Shown one piece after another: positions 62,996 through 64,000 of a stretch of DNA of 64,000 bases. The position numbers and the translations under genes are program-made. Each line of letters starts with the position of its first letter. Positions within the stretch are counted from its first letter, which is position 1. This DNA comes from Chrysomallon squamiferum (Eukaryota; Animalia; Mollusca). Under the pieces are notes generated by a model, which was not told where the DNA came from, made no database searches, and worked only from the letters and a program-made list of their open reading frames with translations. The stretch covers positions 22,754,001 through 22,818,000 of the forward strand of contig CM022677.1 of assembly GCA_012295275.1 (NCBI GenBank), written 5' to 3'.

Positions 62996-63499
62996 GTAGT
63001 ATTATTATTATTATTATTATCGACGTTGTTGTTGTTGTTGTTACTACGTACTCAAAAGTGATTTCAGTTTATGCAGTTTTGGCTGACACTACCTGTATTG
63101 CTTTTATTACTAATACGATTATGTCGCACTGACATCATTTTCTTTAATGTATTCACCTTTACTGGAAGAAACACAAAAGATAAAAATCGTAGCCTCGTGT
63201 ATCTGGACTTACTTTCATTAATCTAATTTATAATTCATAAAACCGTTCATCGATTTGCACAAGCAGCGTTTTGACTGAAGTCTGCAGACTGACATTTTAA
63301 CTTTGTGTTTAGCTTCACCTGAAAATGTTTTTAATTAGATTACACTGGGATCAACAGCGAGGTTAACAAATGTGTAGCTGTAGATGTGAAGACGTTGTGT
63401 AGCTGTAGATGTGAAAATGTTGTGTAGTTGTAGATGTGAAAATGTTGTGTAGTTGTACATGTGAAAATGTTTGGCTGCTGTTTATTAAACACGTGTATG

Positions 63500-64000
63500 C
63501 AGTCAAAAAACATGTGAATGTTATGAAAACACGTAAATTTATGAAAACATGTCAGTGTTATGAAAACACGTGAATCTTATGAAAACATTTAGATGTTATG
63601 AAAACACGTGAACATTATGAAATCACGTGAATGTTATGAAGACGTGAACATTATGAAAACACGTGAATGTTAAGAAAACACGCGAATGTTAAGAAAACAA
63701 GTGTGTAACATAAAAACACATCTATGCTGTCCGGAAATCACATGTATGCTATTATAACATGTATATTACCACGGAAACGCGTGCATGCTATTGCTGATAC
63801 AACGACTTTATTCTCATACACTGTACACAGAAAAAATATAATAAAGATTTATAGAACAAAATTAAAATGCGTGAAAATTTAACAAGGAAGATAAGCAGTT
63901 GTTATTAACAAACATAATTTTTTTTTTTTTTTTTTTTTTTTTTAAATAAATATTTTGGCTTTATTAAATACATTTTTATGTGAAAGTATTTTTGGAAGTC
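63500..64000 (+). repeat. dispersed/duplicated element copy 2
   Basis: Matches 55850-56562 and runs off the window end. Confidence 0.85.

Overview
AT-rich, microsatellite-laden eukaryotic DNA; it looks like an invertebrate metazoan, possibly a mollusc, but that taxon is only an impression. Four spliced protein genes can be read by hand. (1) The 3' end of a GABP-beta-like gene (+). (2) SMU1 (+, 13 exons, two locally garbled). (3) An unnamed ~400-aa type I membrane protein with an EB/EGF-like module (-, 8 exons). (4) ANP32 (+, 8 exons), whose last introns host three intact and one decayed C/D box snoRNA carrying the SNORD88/snR76-type guide for 28S rRNA. There is also a Tigger/pogo transposase fossil, an L1/Tx1 zf-RVT fragment, a ~1 kb TIR element inserted in a 29-bp array, and many minisatellites. 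The most striking pattern is that about 15 exon boundaries across all four genes have been tandemly duplicated into the adjacent intron. This gives arrays of 2 to ~60 'echo' splice sites, with the functional site always the exon-proximal copy. Nearly all long ORFs in the supplied track are repeat artefacts.
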